From: Lama guanicoe
Taxonomy: Eukaryota
DNA length: 64,000 bases
NCBI GenBank assembly: GCA_013239625.1
Contig: MU053933.1
Location: 124,001 to 188,000 of the forward strand
Reading direction: 5' to 3'
Shown here: piece by piece, positions 50,786 to 63,240 of the stretch
Layout of the letters: each line of letters opens with the position of its first letter
Numbering within the stretch: position 1 is the stretch's first letter
Notes under the pieces: model-generated
What the model was told of the DNA's origin: nothing
The model's database searches: none
The model's input: only the letters and a program-made list of their open reading frames with translations
Translations under genes and position numbers: made by a program

Positions 50786-51645
50786 ATGTATTTTCATCCT
50801 TCCCGAACTGATGTAACTCAGAAATCATGGTTATGCTTTGAATGATATTTGTTCAGGAGCTGCCTTGAGTTGGCGGAGGTCTCAGCCTGCTGAACACTTG
50901 GCCACGTTAGAAATGGGTGGCATCTGAGTGTCAAAGCCACATCGTCTACTCCCAAAACTGAGCTCTGTGGGGTCATGGCTGGCCCAGCCTCGCAGACGAT
51001 CCGCCACTCTGGGCAACTGTCTCCTCCGTTTTCAGCAGTTCCAGGCTCCTCACTGGCATCCTGTGTCCTCCAGAAGGAGCCCATGCAGGCTGGCCAGGAG
51101 CAGTGGCCCACGCCTGGTCCCCCATGCAGGGCCTGGAAGAGGACCACGTGCAGGTGTTCAGTCAGGCAGGGACCCCAGGGAGCCTGAGCAGGGGGTCGAG
51201 GAGGGAACAGGAGACGGGAAGCCAATTCAAGACATGGGGGAGAGGGTCTTGGAGAGTGTGGTCCCCCAGGGCCTCTGAGAAGAAAGGGGGCCTCGGAGTT
51301 GTCAGGGGAGGCTGGACAGCGGGCAGCCCTGCCCATCCATCCCTGTTTCCCACCGTGCGGGGGTGACTCCCACGCCTCCTGGGGACTCCTGGGCGCCAGG
51401 TGGGCTTCAAGAGGGGAAGCGGGGGCAGAAAGTGAGCGGGGGGCTGCACTAGTCCGAAGGGAGGTGGGCCCCCCAGACCCAGCTGCACCTGGGAGCCGGG
51501 GCAGAGCACAGGAGGCACTGGGCGCACCCGTCACCCACGACAGCTCTTCCCCGCACACGCACGCAACTCACCTTTCAAGTGGCCCGCAAAGCAGCAGCCC
51601 CCAACAACCGTGTGGAGAGGCGGCCTGGGGTCTGGGGTGCAGGGG

Positions 51646-51844
51646 GGTCAGCGAAAATAGGAAACAATCAGTAATAAGAATAGAGAAGAGTTTTATTTGA
51701 GCCAAACTGAGGACCAGCCTGGAAGCCCGCTTCCCAGGCTCCTCCGAGAAACTGCTCCGGAGAAGCAGGGCTTCCAGCACAGTTTTATATCGTGTCAGAA
51801 CAAAGAGCATTCAACAAGTCAGCGTTACATTTCTTCAAGGTTTC

Positions 51845-51886
<42 letters not shown>

Positions 51887-52428
51887 TCAGCACAGACACA
51901 CACACATAGCGAGTCAGTGTGGCCACCTGGGAAGGGGGTCTTACCAGCAAAGGAGGACCAGCTCAGGCTTCCCCAGAAGAGTGGCATTTCATCTTTATTT
52001 TTAACGTGGGCCTTCTTTACTTCTGGTCAATGTGGCTTTTCCTTTAATAATTAAAGCAGATGGACAGTGCATGTTCGATGGGCCACAAACAGGCTGTTTC
52101 AGTCAACATCAAATTCAAGTGGACTCCCGTATAAGCCAGGATGCCTTCCCTATGTCTCAGCATGTGAACATTCCTTTTATCAGGGCTCAGAGGGGCTGGA
52201 GGCGGCCAGGAGCGGAGCTGGCCCGCCCCCTGCAGCGGGGCCTGCGTCCCGGGCACCAGCCTCAGCCCGCAGGGGAGGCCGTGGGGAGCAGGGGTGTTAC
52301 ACTCAGGGGTGAAAACCTGGGCAGAAATACACTAACTTCTTCACAGAGCTCGTCTCTGGTTAGCGGGCTCACAGGCGGTGTTTCTTTCCTAGTTCATACT
52401 TTTCTGTGTTTTCTAATTTGTTTCAACC
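51646..52428 (-). mobile_element. ERV1-type solo LTR containing a (CA)n tract
   Basis: Minus-strand AATAAA (about 51692) and TATAAAA (about 51783) in LTR order; gagttttatttgagccaaactgaggac...gagaaactgctcc. Confidence 0.7.
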
Positions 52429-53555
52429 AACATCGATTTCACAGAAAGTATTTTAATGATTCCAGTAACAGTTGCTCTCTCCTCCTTGGCACCTGAGTCC
52501 AAAAGGGCACCTTCTGCAGGCAGCGGGGAGGGGAGGGGCGGACTGCGGCAGCCCTGGGTCCTGGGCCGTGTGAATAATTAACCTCTTGACGGAGCCTCAG
52601 AGGGTCTGCTCCGGCTGCTGGGCTCCCGGGACTGTGCGCTGCCTGGGTCCTAGGAACGGTCTTCGGGCCGGGAAGGAACTGCAACCACCACTGGCCACCC
52701 TGGCCCTGGTTCTGTCCACACACCCACCTCCCAGGGTGTCCGGCCCCCTCCCAACCTGAGAAGCTACTCCCTGTCATGGAATCAAGTTCCTCCAGGACAG
52801 CTGGAAACCTGGCACCTGACCGTTTCCATTGCCAGGGGCCCCACAGCCAGAACTGAGTCTTGGCATCTGAGGCTGATCCCCTCCAGGACCTCCCACAGGG
52901 ATGGGGACCCACCCCCTCCCCCACGGGAGTTGCTGTCCCTGGAGCCTGAGCTCCTGGCTGACCCCACGTGGGAAGCAGCCTAGAAGGTGGAGTCTGTCTG
53001 GGGAGCAGGTGCGTGCCAGGGGCGAGAGCCAAGCCTCTGATGTTTTGCACCCTCCCCTCCAGGGGTCCCCGGAGAGGAAGGTCCCTGCGTCTCCTTCACA
53101 AACCAGGCAGTTTGACCCCTGGGCCCATGGGGCTGGGGGGAGAGGAGGCCCCCTGGTGTCCTTGCACCAGGGCTCTCTGAGGACAAAGGTCCAGAGAAGC
53201 TAACAGACTTCCAGGGTCATGGAGCTGCAGGGTTCACACAAGCCGCTGTCTTCCTCTGTGGTCACTCCCTGTCCCCTTCTCCCTCCCCTGTCCCCTTCTC
53301 CCTCCCGTCCCCTCTCTGCCTGCCCTGTCCCCTTCCACCCTACAGTGACCTGTCCCCTCTCCTGGGCAGACAGATCAAGACAGTCTCAGTGCTGTGTGAA
53401 TTCCTGAGCCAGGGAGAGACATCAGGCTGGAGCCGGGGTCTGGGACATCTGGTGGGAGGGGGCGAGAGGGGACAGGGTGGATGTGAGGTGGGGGAGAAGG
53501 AGGGAGGGAAGCTCATAAATTAACTCAGGAGTGCCTGCGTCCCTTCAAAGGATGC

Positions 53556-54042
53556 TGTACAGGGAAGAACAGATCTGACTCCATAGTAGACCTCTGTGTT
53601 CTATTGCTTTTGCTTAAGAATCTGGCCTAGAGCCTAAATATGTAGCCCATTCTCAAGGCTCTGACCTTCAAGGGTAGAGCACTTTTCCATTCGTACAGAG
53701 ATAAAAAGTTGCAGAACAGAGAATAACATTTGTCATGTAAGTTCACGGGAACATTGTGACCAGACCTACATGCACAACTGCAAAACCAAAGCGTTATCAT
53801 GTCCCCACCAGGGTCTGGTGGGCACCAACGAGTTTGCAACCACCAGCCATGCCCCCTCCCCATTTCAGTATAAAAGGAGCCTGAATTCTAACTCAGGGAA
53901 GATAGTTCTCCAGGACAATACTCCCCCATCTTCTCAGTCTGCTGCCTTTCCAAATAAAGTCATTATTCCTTGCCCCAACACGTCGTCTCCTGATTTACTA
54001 GCCTGTCAGGCCGCGAGAAGAGGGAGTCTGGATCTGGTGACA
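53556..54042 (+). mobile_element. ERV1 solo LTR, MER41-like
   Basis: TG...CA ends; gggaagaacagatctgactccat start; TATAAAA at about 53869; AATAAA at about 53953; homologous to 27221-27621. Confidence 0.8.
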
Positions 54043-54765
54043 GCACGATTTCTGGTGAGAGCAGCTGTGATGGGAACAGTGATTGAGAAAAGCAGTTTGA
54101 GAGACAGTTCCCGGGCAGGCACCTTCATGTGAGAGGACTGTGTGGGTGGCAGCCCCGCCACGTGCCCCCATAACTCAAGCAAAGGCTGCCGCCCATGAGG
54201 AAATGAGGAAGGCCCGGGGTGAGCACAACCAGCCGAGGCGCGTGTGAGCGGCAGGGACACGGCCACCGTCAGCTGCAGAAGCATGTCCCCTGGCAGAGTG
54301 TTCACATCATCCCAAAGGGAGAACGGAGATCACAAGGCAGTGTGTGGATTACAAACCCTTTCTTTTTGGAAAGGTAAAGGATATGTACCCATCTGCTAAG
54401 AAGAGCGTCTGCAAGGCTGTTAACAAAATGTGACGTTGTCCTCTCTGGGCACCTCCGCAGACTGGTTGCAGGAAACGCAGGGCCCAGCAGCCCCAAACTC
54501 AAGCCCCCAGGAGGGAGAGGGGCCCATCTAGGGGGCTGTGTTCATGAGGAAGAGCAGGTGTCCTGAAGCTCTTGCTAGGTCCTGACCACTGACTCTGGTG
54601 GGCACCTCTTTCCAGATTGTTCCAGGAAAAGTGCAGGGGCAGGATCTCAGAGCCCACCCCTCACTCATTCCCCAGGGCCTGGGGGGCAGCCTCGCTCGTG
54701 TGTCTACTCTTGAGAAGGGCTCAGTCCTGCCTCACGGGAACTGCGCGGACCAAATGTGGGTGTAG

Positions 54766-54837
54766 AAGTGTGTGTGTGTGTGTGTGAGTCAATGTGTAGT
54801 GTATGTACACGTGTGTGAGTGTGTGCATGTGTGTGAG
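54766..54837. repeat. (TG)n degenerate microsatellite
   Basis: Visible directly in the sequence. Confidence 0.9.
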
Positions 54838-54899
54838 TTGGAGGGATGGAACGGGACATAGGTCATCAGCCACAGAGACTGGACACTTCAGGTCCAGAC

Positions 54900-55250
54900 A
54901 CCCTGCCCCCTGCTTCATTTGTTTTTAAGTGCTTGAATGTCCGGCAGTGGCTGGGTGACTCTGTCTGGCCAATGATCAGGAAGATGAAGTCACGGAGGGC
55001 TTCTGGATGAGGTGATAAAAGAGCTGTGAGAAGAACAGCCCTTTGCCACCTGCCCCTCCCTGCACTGGGTGTTGTCCTAGGAAGATGTGATGCCTGGAGC
55101 CCCTGCAGCCATCTTGCCACTGTGGGGAAAGCCAAGAAAACCTCACCAACTCAGTGCCCTCCCAACACAGTTTATGAGACAACTGAAAGCATTGCTTTAG
55201 CTTCTGAGAGTTAGAAATTCTACTATTCATGGCCAAAAGCATCCTAACCG
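54900..55250 (+). mobile_element. Old MLT1-type LTR
   Basis: tctggccaatga...gatgtgatgcctggagcccctgcagccatcttgccac...ccaaaagcatcctaac. Confidence 0.7.
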
Positions 55251-55453
55251 CAGCACTGTCTATGACAAGAGCCATTCTACTGATGGGCAAATAAAGGACC
55301 AGGAGGCCAGCTTCATCGTTCTGGGTAGAAGTTGGCTGAGACCTGGCCTGACACCTTCATACCAAGGTGCTATAAATGAAAACTTTGCCCCTTGATCTGC
55401 CCGCAGCTCCCAGTTCCCACAGGGCCATTCTCCTATTTGTGAACTGATTCCCG

Positions 55454-55467
55454 GTTGCTATGGAGAC
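55454..55467. promoter_or_regulatory. RFX X-box-like motif GTTGCTATGGAGAC
   Basis: Close match to the GTYNCY-AT-RGNAAC X-box consensus (one mismatch), in apparently unique sequence. Confidence 0.45.
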
Positions 55468-57248
55468 GGGACACCTGCGGTGGAGGCGGACCTTCCAGTG
55501 GGGTTGAAAGTTCAGCCCTGGGGGTGGGGTGTGGGAAGGAGCATTCATCTGGCCCTTCCCCCAATGGCCTGTTTGTTATTGTTTGCACACCTTGGTCTCC
55601 TCACTAACTCTTTCCCCAAGGGCGGGGCCACGGCCCTGCCCGGGGCCACTTTCCTTGTCGTCATACTCCCTTTCCTTCTGACTCCTGGGTGACCCTCTGC
55701 AGAGGCCGAGCAGCCCCCAGGGCAGAGATGGACTCTGGCTCAGCACCCCTGGGATGAGCAAGGAGGGGTGAAGGGGAAGCCTGCCCCCGACTTCGCCCTC
55801 GCAGGAGTGGACCCGGGCAGCAGGGCTGGAGGTGTAAAGGTTCTCTTTCTGGAACTCTCCGACCTGTCTGCCTACCTCTAAGCCACTCAGCAGGTGCGCA
55901 GGCACGCGGAAGCACTCGGGAGGCACCCACTGAATACGCCGTCCACCCTGCTGCTCCGCACGCAGCAGAAGCCCTTGGACCATCTTGTGGGCCAACGATC
56001 AGGCCTCGACTTGGCCTCATCTAATCACTTGTTCTTTCTCTCCTCCTTTTCCTCCTCGCCGCCCCAACCTTCCACCATGTCCTCCTCCATCTGCCCAGAT
56101 TCTGCCAGAGAGGACAAGACCCTTCTCTTGATGGCGGGGCAGGGGAGGGTACCGCCTGTTACGAGATTCTTTGGTAATTTGGGGAGAGGTGTCTGGAGAC
56201 AGCCTCACTGGTTCCTTCAGAGCAGACGCACAGGAAAGTATAGAATCAAGCCCGTCAGGCCCTGAGGCTGACGGTGAGGAAGAGCATCCTCCTACGGGGT
56301 CCAGGCGGGGCCCGTCACACCTGGATGCGGGGCTGGGAGGCTTCCTGGAGAAAGTGGCCATGACTGGGTGGAGGAGGAGGAGGGCGGGGCAGCCAGCCTG
56401 GCAGGAAGGCCCAGGAGGAGGGGAACAGATGTGCAAGTGGGGCCACTGGACCCTCAGGGGCTGGCAGTGACGTCCAGGGTGGTGACCAGAGATGGGGCCA
56501 GAAACAGGCCAGAGGGAGCGGCCTTCCCGGGGGCCAGATGGGCCAACAAGGGGCCTGTGGGGGCTTCAGGCCTGGGAGTGAGAGTCACATTCCTTTAGAG
56601 GCTGCTGATTGCTGACAGAGGGCGAGATGGAAGGAGGCCTGGAGCCCCTGAGCCTCTCAGAGGCACGCTCCCGGCTGGCATCCTGAATTAACCCCATGAG
56701 CTAATTCGCACTAAGAGCAAGGAAGAGGCCAAAGTCCCTGCCGCTGGGCAGGAAACAGGTGCCCTTGGCCGAGGGAGGAGCTAAATGCTCATGGCCAGCC
56801 TGACCGGCCCTTCATACGGTCCACCCGGAACCTCGGGGGCTCCGGCCAATGCCCTCGTGTGGCCCGCACTCTCCTGACTCCCTCCTTGAGCTCTCCCGGG
56901 GTCTGACTCCACTCTCGGGGGCTTCGTCCCTGTCCCAGTGCCCACGGGGGCTGGCAGCCTCTGCAGACGGGGCCGTGTCTCCTGGGACTCTGTCACCTTG
57001 CACCTCCCCCAAAGTCCTTGGCCCCAGAATGGTGGCCAAAGACAAAAAACAAGCAACTTACCAAGCTGAAGAGAATCCTGTTCCCCTTGTTTTATGTCTA
57101 GTTTTGCAAATGGCGAAGCATGGTGTCTTTGTACCGCAAGAAATGTTAACGTCTTTGCTAATAGAGTTTCGGCACCTGTGGGCTGCAGTAACACCTGTGG
57201 AATAAACGAGAGAAATCCAAATTCTGAAGTACTTAAAAACAAAGTTTA

Positions 57249-57520
57249 AGGGTGAGGAGAGATAAATTAGGAGTTTGGGATTAACAGATACATGCTACTA
57301 TTATATATTAAATAGATAAACAACAAAGACCTACTGTACAGCTCAGGGAACGATATTCAGTATCTTGCAACAATCCATTATGGAAAAGAATATGAAGTGG
57401 AATATATATATATAGCTGAATCACTTTGCTGTGCACCTGAAACTAACACAACATTGTAAATCAACTATATATACTTAAATAAAGCCAAAAAACCCCAAAA
57501 TATAAAAAATTAAAAAAACA
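57249..57520 (+). mobile_element. Young L1 3' tail
   Basis: gataaattaggagtttgggattaacagatac...aacacaacattgtaaatcaactata, with flanks aacaaagttta / aacaaaaagttta. Confidence 0.9.
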
Positions 57521-57576
57521 AAAAGTTTTATACTTGTCCAACAATGAACAATTGCTAGGAAGATGTTGTATAAGTG

Positions 57577-57905
57577 GGGTTGCCAGATGACATTCAAGGG
57601 CACCCAGCTAAATGTGAATTTCAGATAAACAACCATTTTTCAGTATAAGTAGTCATAAAGTACAAATGATAAATATTCCTAAATCATTCGTCAATTGGTG
57701 TAAGACCCATGCAATATTTGGGGTATATTTATGTTAGAAATGATGACTCCTTTTTTTAACAAAAATTTCAGATGAAATGTTAGTGAAGTTGAGAATTGTA
57801 AATGTTAACAAAAAATTTAATAAACTGCGCTATGGATAACTTTTTAGTGTTAGTGTGTTTCATGCAATATTTGTCATATATTTACATGAAAAAATTATCT
57901 TGGGC
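57577..57905. mobile_element. MER53-like palindromic MITE, rearranged
   Basis: gggttgccagat...cacccagctaaatgtgaatttcagataaacaac...cccatgcaatatttgggg. Confidence 0.7.
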
Positions 57906-58550
57906 AGTAACTTTGCCTCCCTGGGGCCTCAGTCTTTTCATCTATGAAGGGCCAGCACTGGCACCCACCTCCCATCCCCATTTAGTCAGGACCCACAGGG
58001 TGCCCATCTCCTCCTCGTCCCCTGGGAGCAGTGACACTGGCCCCGGTTTTAACCAACAAGGTCAGGACAGTCGGCCCCTGGCTGCAATGCCCTGACTCAG
58101 AAAGACCCTGAAAGCTTCCTCCAAGGGGCACTGGGAGCTCTTCCCCGGGCTGGAAGTGGAGGAAGAGCCAGGATGTGAGTGGGGACAATGGGGAGGCCAC
58201 CAGGAAGGTGGAGCCACCCCAGGAAGGCCGTGCTCAGGTAGGTTGAGGTGACAATTCCCCGTGGCAGGTCCCAGCAGGCATCGCTGGCTATGATAAATGA
58301 AGGGGAAATGTGCTCAGACAGGCAGAAGCTGCTTCCTGTGACTCGGCGTCCTCAGCGGCCATGCGCTTGTCTGTATGAACTTCTTCCCTTCTGGTGTTCC
58401 ATGTCCAGAGAGGAAGCCTGGCCAGGCCCCTGGTGGGGTGCCGGAACGGCCTGCACCCCTGGGGAGGCCAGCACCCTAGGTCCCATGAGCTTGAGCCTGG
58501 CGATGCTGGGTGGCCCTTAGCACCCAGGGCTGCTGGGAAGAGGAAGGGAA

Positions 58551-58950
58551 TGTGATGGCTGATTTTATGTGTCAGCTTGGCCGGGCTGTGGTGCCCAGAC
58601 ATCTGGTCCAACATTATTCTGAATGTTACTTTGAGGGTGCTTTCAGATGAGAGTAACATTTAAATTGGTGGACTTGGAGTAAAGCAGACTGCCCTCCATA
58701 ATGTGGGTGGGTCTCGTCCAATCAGTTGATGGGTTTAATAGAACAAAAGTCTGTCTTCTCCCAAAGAAGAGGGCTACTGCAGCAGGTCACCCTCAGACTT
58801 GAACTGGGCCTCCAGCCACCTGGCCCGCCCTGCGGGACTGGGACTTGCCAGCTTCTATAATCGCACATGCCAGTTCCTTACAATCCATCTCCTACTTTGT
58901 ATCTCTCCACATCCTATTGTTGCTTTCTCTGGAGAGCCCTGACGGACACA
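58551..58950 (+). mobile_element. MLT2 (ERVL) LTR
   Basis: tgtgatggctgattttatgtgtcagcttgg...ccctccataatgtgggtggg...tctctggagagccctgac..aca. Confidence 0.9.
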
Positions 58951-59519
58951 GGGCGCATCAGGCCTGCCCCTGCCTCTGCCTGCTCACCCAGGACTGGGAG
59001 GAGCAGACAAGCATCATACACACAGCTCCCCAGGCTCGGCTGGAGCTGGGAGAAGCCCTCTGGAGGGGTCAAATTTGGGCCAAACAACTCAGCAGAGCCC
59101 ACAGGGCCCCCACCCGCTCCTGCGTGTGCCAGCCCCGCCCCTCCACCTCGGCTCGCCGTGGCCAGGGTGTGAAGAGCGTTCCTGCCACGACCAATCATAG
59201 CCAGGAAGCTCCAGCCAGCCCCTCGCACCCACAATGCTTCACACCACCCTGACCTCCTGTGATTTCTTGGAAGTGTATTTGTTCTGCTGTTTGGAAGCAC
59301 TCCTGCAGAAATGTGGTTTCCAGGGCCCACGGCCTGAGCTGTCCCCTTCCCAGGAAGATGTGTCCTCTGCATGGAGAGTCACCTGGGGAGGGAGCCCTGC
59401 CAGCCAGGATGGAAATGGCAGAGGGCAGGGTCGGGGTGGGGACACCGGCTCAAGTCCTCAGGTGAGCTGCTCCACTGCCCACCTCATTAGCAGGTTCTGG
59501 TGGCCGTGGGGCTTGCTTC

Positions 59520-60100
59520 TCTTGAGGAACCAATTTTTTTTCCATTTATTGAAGTGACGAATGGAACATTAAACGAGCCACTTCAGAGTCAGCGGTCAGG
59601 AGCATCTAGGACATTCACTGTGTTGTGTGGCCATGGCGTTTCCCTCCCTCCAAAGCAAGACCTGGACCCCCTAGGCAGTTTCTCCCCAGCCCCGCCCCTC
59701 AGTCCTGACTCTCACTGGTCTATCACTGCATTTGCCTGGATGGGACCTTTTATATCCATGAATCACTGGAATATTGATTTCAGATCAGTGGAATTTTGAA
59801 ATGGAATTTCATGTCAATATTGATTTCACAGCAATGGAATTTTACAGAATCAACAGACCTTTCATGTCCATCGTCTTTCCCAAAGCACAGTGACTTAGAG
59901 GCCCATCCCCGTGGTAGCAGGCACCCATGCTTCCTTCCTTTTATGTCTGGATAATATCGGCTGTGTGTAGACACTACAGCGTGTTCATCCAGTCATCTGC
60001 TGATGGGCTGGGGGTTGCTTCCTGTGCTGATTGTGGACGTGCAGCTCTGAGCACGGGTGTGCTTACACTTACCTGAGTCCCTGTTTGCAGCTCGTTGGGT
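59520..60100 (-). mobile_element. Old L1 (L1MB-like) 3' end
   Basis: acattcactgtgttgtg; cttccttccttttatgtctggataatat; tcatctgctgatgg. Confidence 0.7.
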
Positions 60101-60863
60101 AAATGCCACCAACAGGTCTTCAGAGCTCATGGAACTTTGGACCCTCAGTTTTTAGGCCTTACAGCTTGACCCAGGGCACACGGTCGGGAGCAGCTGGCCA
60201 GGCCTGGGACCAAGGTCTCTGGACGGGGTGCCATGCTTTCTCCCTGCAGGGGCCACCATGACGGTAAAGGTCTCCAGGAAGGGAATGGAAAGTGGTCCAC
60301 TCGCCCGAGGAGCTGGGGCACCGCCCACTAGGCCAGGCTGCAGGCCGTGCGGTCGGAGGTGGGGCCCAGTTACTTGCCACCGCCCAGCAAGGCCACATGA
60401 AGTAACCAGGCTGTCCACGTGCCGGCGCTGCTAGAGGGAACCCGGTTAGGGCCTCTGAGGGAGATCAAGGTTCCGGCCGCCCACAGACAGAGGCAAAGCC
60501 CAAGTCTGGGTGGAGGGAGGGAGGGCAGCAGGAGAAACAGGCTCACTGGGGAAGCCCCACCCAGTTACTCAGCACCGGGTAAACATCGATTATTCCATTA
60601 TTCCAACTTGGGGCTAAAGGAACAAGAAGGAAAGTTCCCCAGTCACGCCACCTTCCCCGGAAGCCGCCATGAGCCTTTGAGGGGTTGTTTGCCTGGAAAG
60701 GAAAATCTATGGGGTTAATTACAGTCAGTCGACCAGGTCTCATTCAGTGGATGGTTGATGGGCTGGGACATCACTCCTGGGCATCTTCTGTTATCCCTTG
60801 TGAAAGCTGGGAGGTTCTCAATACCAGCTCAGACACTGGTATTTAGGAGATGCTAGAGTGCTT

Positions 60864-61021
60864 CTTTTTTGTTTTGGGTTCTTTTTAGAGGGTGGGGAAC
60901 AGGAGGGGAGATACTTACGTTTATTTATTTTTTTAAGTGGAAGTACTGGGGGTCGAACCCAGGACCTTGTGCATGCTGAGCATGCGCTCTGCCACTGAGC
61001 TACACCCTCCCCCCTGCCCCC
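60864..61021 (-). mobile_element. vic-1-type SINE with intact A and B boxes
   Basis: Minus strand reads GAGGGTGTAGCTCAGTGGCAGAGCGCATGCTCAGCATGCACAAGGTCCTGGGTTCGACCCCCAGTACTTCC plus tail; TSD agagtgctt / agagagctt. Confidence 0.9.
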
Positions 61022-61559
61022 ACGAGAGAGCTTGTTGAATTGATGCTGAAACTCAGGGCAGCTGCCCTGAAAGGTGGAAGCAGACCCCCTGTGTTCCTGC
61101 AGTTTGGGATTCCTCAGAGACAAGGTCTCCCAGGGCGACCTTTGGCTCATCCCCAAGCCCCCTGGGGCTTCCCCTCAGCAAACAAACCCGTATAGACAGT
61201 GTTTTCAGACTCTTTCATGTGAGTTTGTGTGTTTTTTAAAAGTCAAATCGGTAAAAATGCACAGGGTGAAAAAGTAAAACACTCAAGACAAGGAAACGGT
61301 GCACAGCTGTCCCCTGCCCTCCTCGTTGCCCACCACCCAGACACAGTTCTCACAGTGGGGCGGCCATGTTCAAATCTCTCAGCTCTCTTTTGTGTTCACC
61401 CCATCACATGCTTACACTGTGGTGTCTTTGTCTTTTCTGTTTGATGTTAAATGTTCATTGCTGACTGGTAGAAGATGGAGATTTAGCTCTTTCTCAACAA
61501 CTCCACCCACACCCACATCCACCCGGTGTAGTTATGTCCTCACCCACAATGAAATCAAA

Positions 61560-61983
61560 ATTCACTGTTTATACATCACTATGACTAGGTCCATAGGATT
61601 GGACCCACCCCTTTCCTGGGTGGACCAAACACGAACACTTTCCTACCACACAGCTAGAAATGTTGCACAAAATGTGAGAATCCTTTTAAGCAACAAGCTA
61701 GATGTACCAGGAAGAAAGGGAATAAAATCTCCAGGGGCCAAAAGAGAAGAGAGGAATCAGGACCAGCCTGGTGAACACAGCTGCTTCAAACTGTGAAATT
61801 GCTCTGGTCTCCATAGCTTGGGATTTGGGTCAAACATCCCAGGACACGAGATAAGGCCGGGAGCCTGTGTGAGGCAGCTTCTATAAATGAGACCCTTGAA
61901 GGAACATATCCACCTACCAGCAAAGAGAGAAGACCTCCAAGTATATTTATTTTAGCCTACACCACGAGTGGTTAAAAAAAATC

Positions 61984-62018
<35 letters not shown>

Positions 62019-62665
62019 AGAACTTGTAAAGAAGGGCCTGTCCTCTGTAGGCATGAGACCCAAATGTATGCTATCTGCATAGTCTATGACCCACAGAGCC
62101 CTGAAATTGGCATAAAAACCACCACAGGCTGGCAGTACAGCTGAGAACCTTGCAAACACAAACTCTCTCAGGAAAACACGTCCTCAGCCCGGGCACAAAA
62201 GATTCCCACAGGTAGAGCCCGCCTGAAAAATGAGCTCACAATCTGAAATTGTAAAACTCGAGGACACAATCCACCAGCAGACCCAATAAACAGAAATGAG
62301 ATCCCTACGAACCTCAGGTAGTAGAATTACCAGATAAAAGCTTTAAATGGGCATGTTTAAAATGATTATAGGTGTAAAACAAGAAACGGAACACAGGTAC
62401 TACTGGAAAAGAAAAGGCAGATTCAGAAGGAATAAAGCAGAACTTTTAGAAATACAAAACATAGTGAGTGAAATAAGCATTTCAATGGAGAGGTTAACTG
62501 CCGATTAGACACAGGCCACTTAGCACAAGATCAGCTCCAGTCAGCAGCTAGAAGGCACCACTCTCGTTTAGAGATCAATCATGCAGAATGTAGCGCCGGG
62601 AGATAAAAAGATGGAAATACCAACAGAAAGTTGAGAATTACAGGAGAAAACTCACAGGAGTTCTA
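61560..62665 (+). mobile_element. Ancient L1ME/HAL1 5'/ORF1 remnant
   Basis: gaacttttagaaatacaaaacatagtg...tcaatggagaggttaactgccgattagacacag...gagataaaaagatggaaa. Confidence 0.65.
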
Positions 62666-62689
62666 GATTCAAAAGCCACCTTCCGTGGA

Positions 62690-63240
62690 ATGCTGTTGGC
62701 ATCGTTCCCTTGCCTCCTTGCTGGTCGTTTGCTGTCTAACAGCCTGATGCCATCTGATTTAGAATCCCGCCCAACCCCCTGGAAGCTTTTAGGACCACGT
62801 CTCCATCCCCATCCCGATGGTGGGCCTTCTCTAGCCGAGCTTTGCATCTTGACTTTGGGCAGGTTTGCTTCCATCCCTGTTTCTGGAACTCTTATCATCG
62901 GGATGCTGGGCCTCTGGGAAGGATTCTGACCTTTTCTTTGAAGAGTTTCATTTCTCTCATCACATTGAAAAAATGTTCAATTTCTGTTATCTAAATGTTT
63001 ACTTACACACACACACACACACACACACACCACACACACACACACCCCTGTTCTGGGTTTCCATTTATTTAAAATTTTCTGTTTTGGCCTGAGGTAACTG
63101 TAAATTTTTAAGTTTTCTCCTGCTGCATATTTTGTTTTCTCTGATCATTTTCTCTGCTTGTTGGGCTGGTTGGCGGCGGTATCTTGCTTTATCTGTCCAG
63201 TGAGGGGCATTCTTTGTGTCTAGTGGGCTCACTATTTATC
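62690..63240 (-). mobile_element. Ancient L1ME/HAL1 ORF1 remnant, antisense, with (CA)n at about 63005-63045
   Basis: ctggaagcttttaggacc; tttctggaactcttatcatcgggatgctgggcctc. Confidence 0.5.

Noticed and set aside
49899..51558. 237-aa and 246-aa minus-strand ORFs
   Set aside because: GC-rich chance ORFs with no recognisable protein family; one runs into an MLT1 LTR.
61560..63240. Opposed L1/HAL1 remnants as a possible inversion or dsRNA-forming pair
   Set aside because: Both are highly decayed with no visible close complementarity. Two independent ancient insertions explain them.
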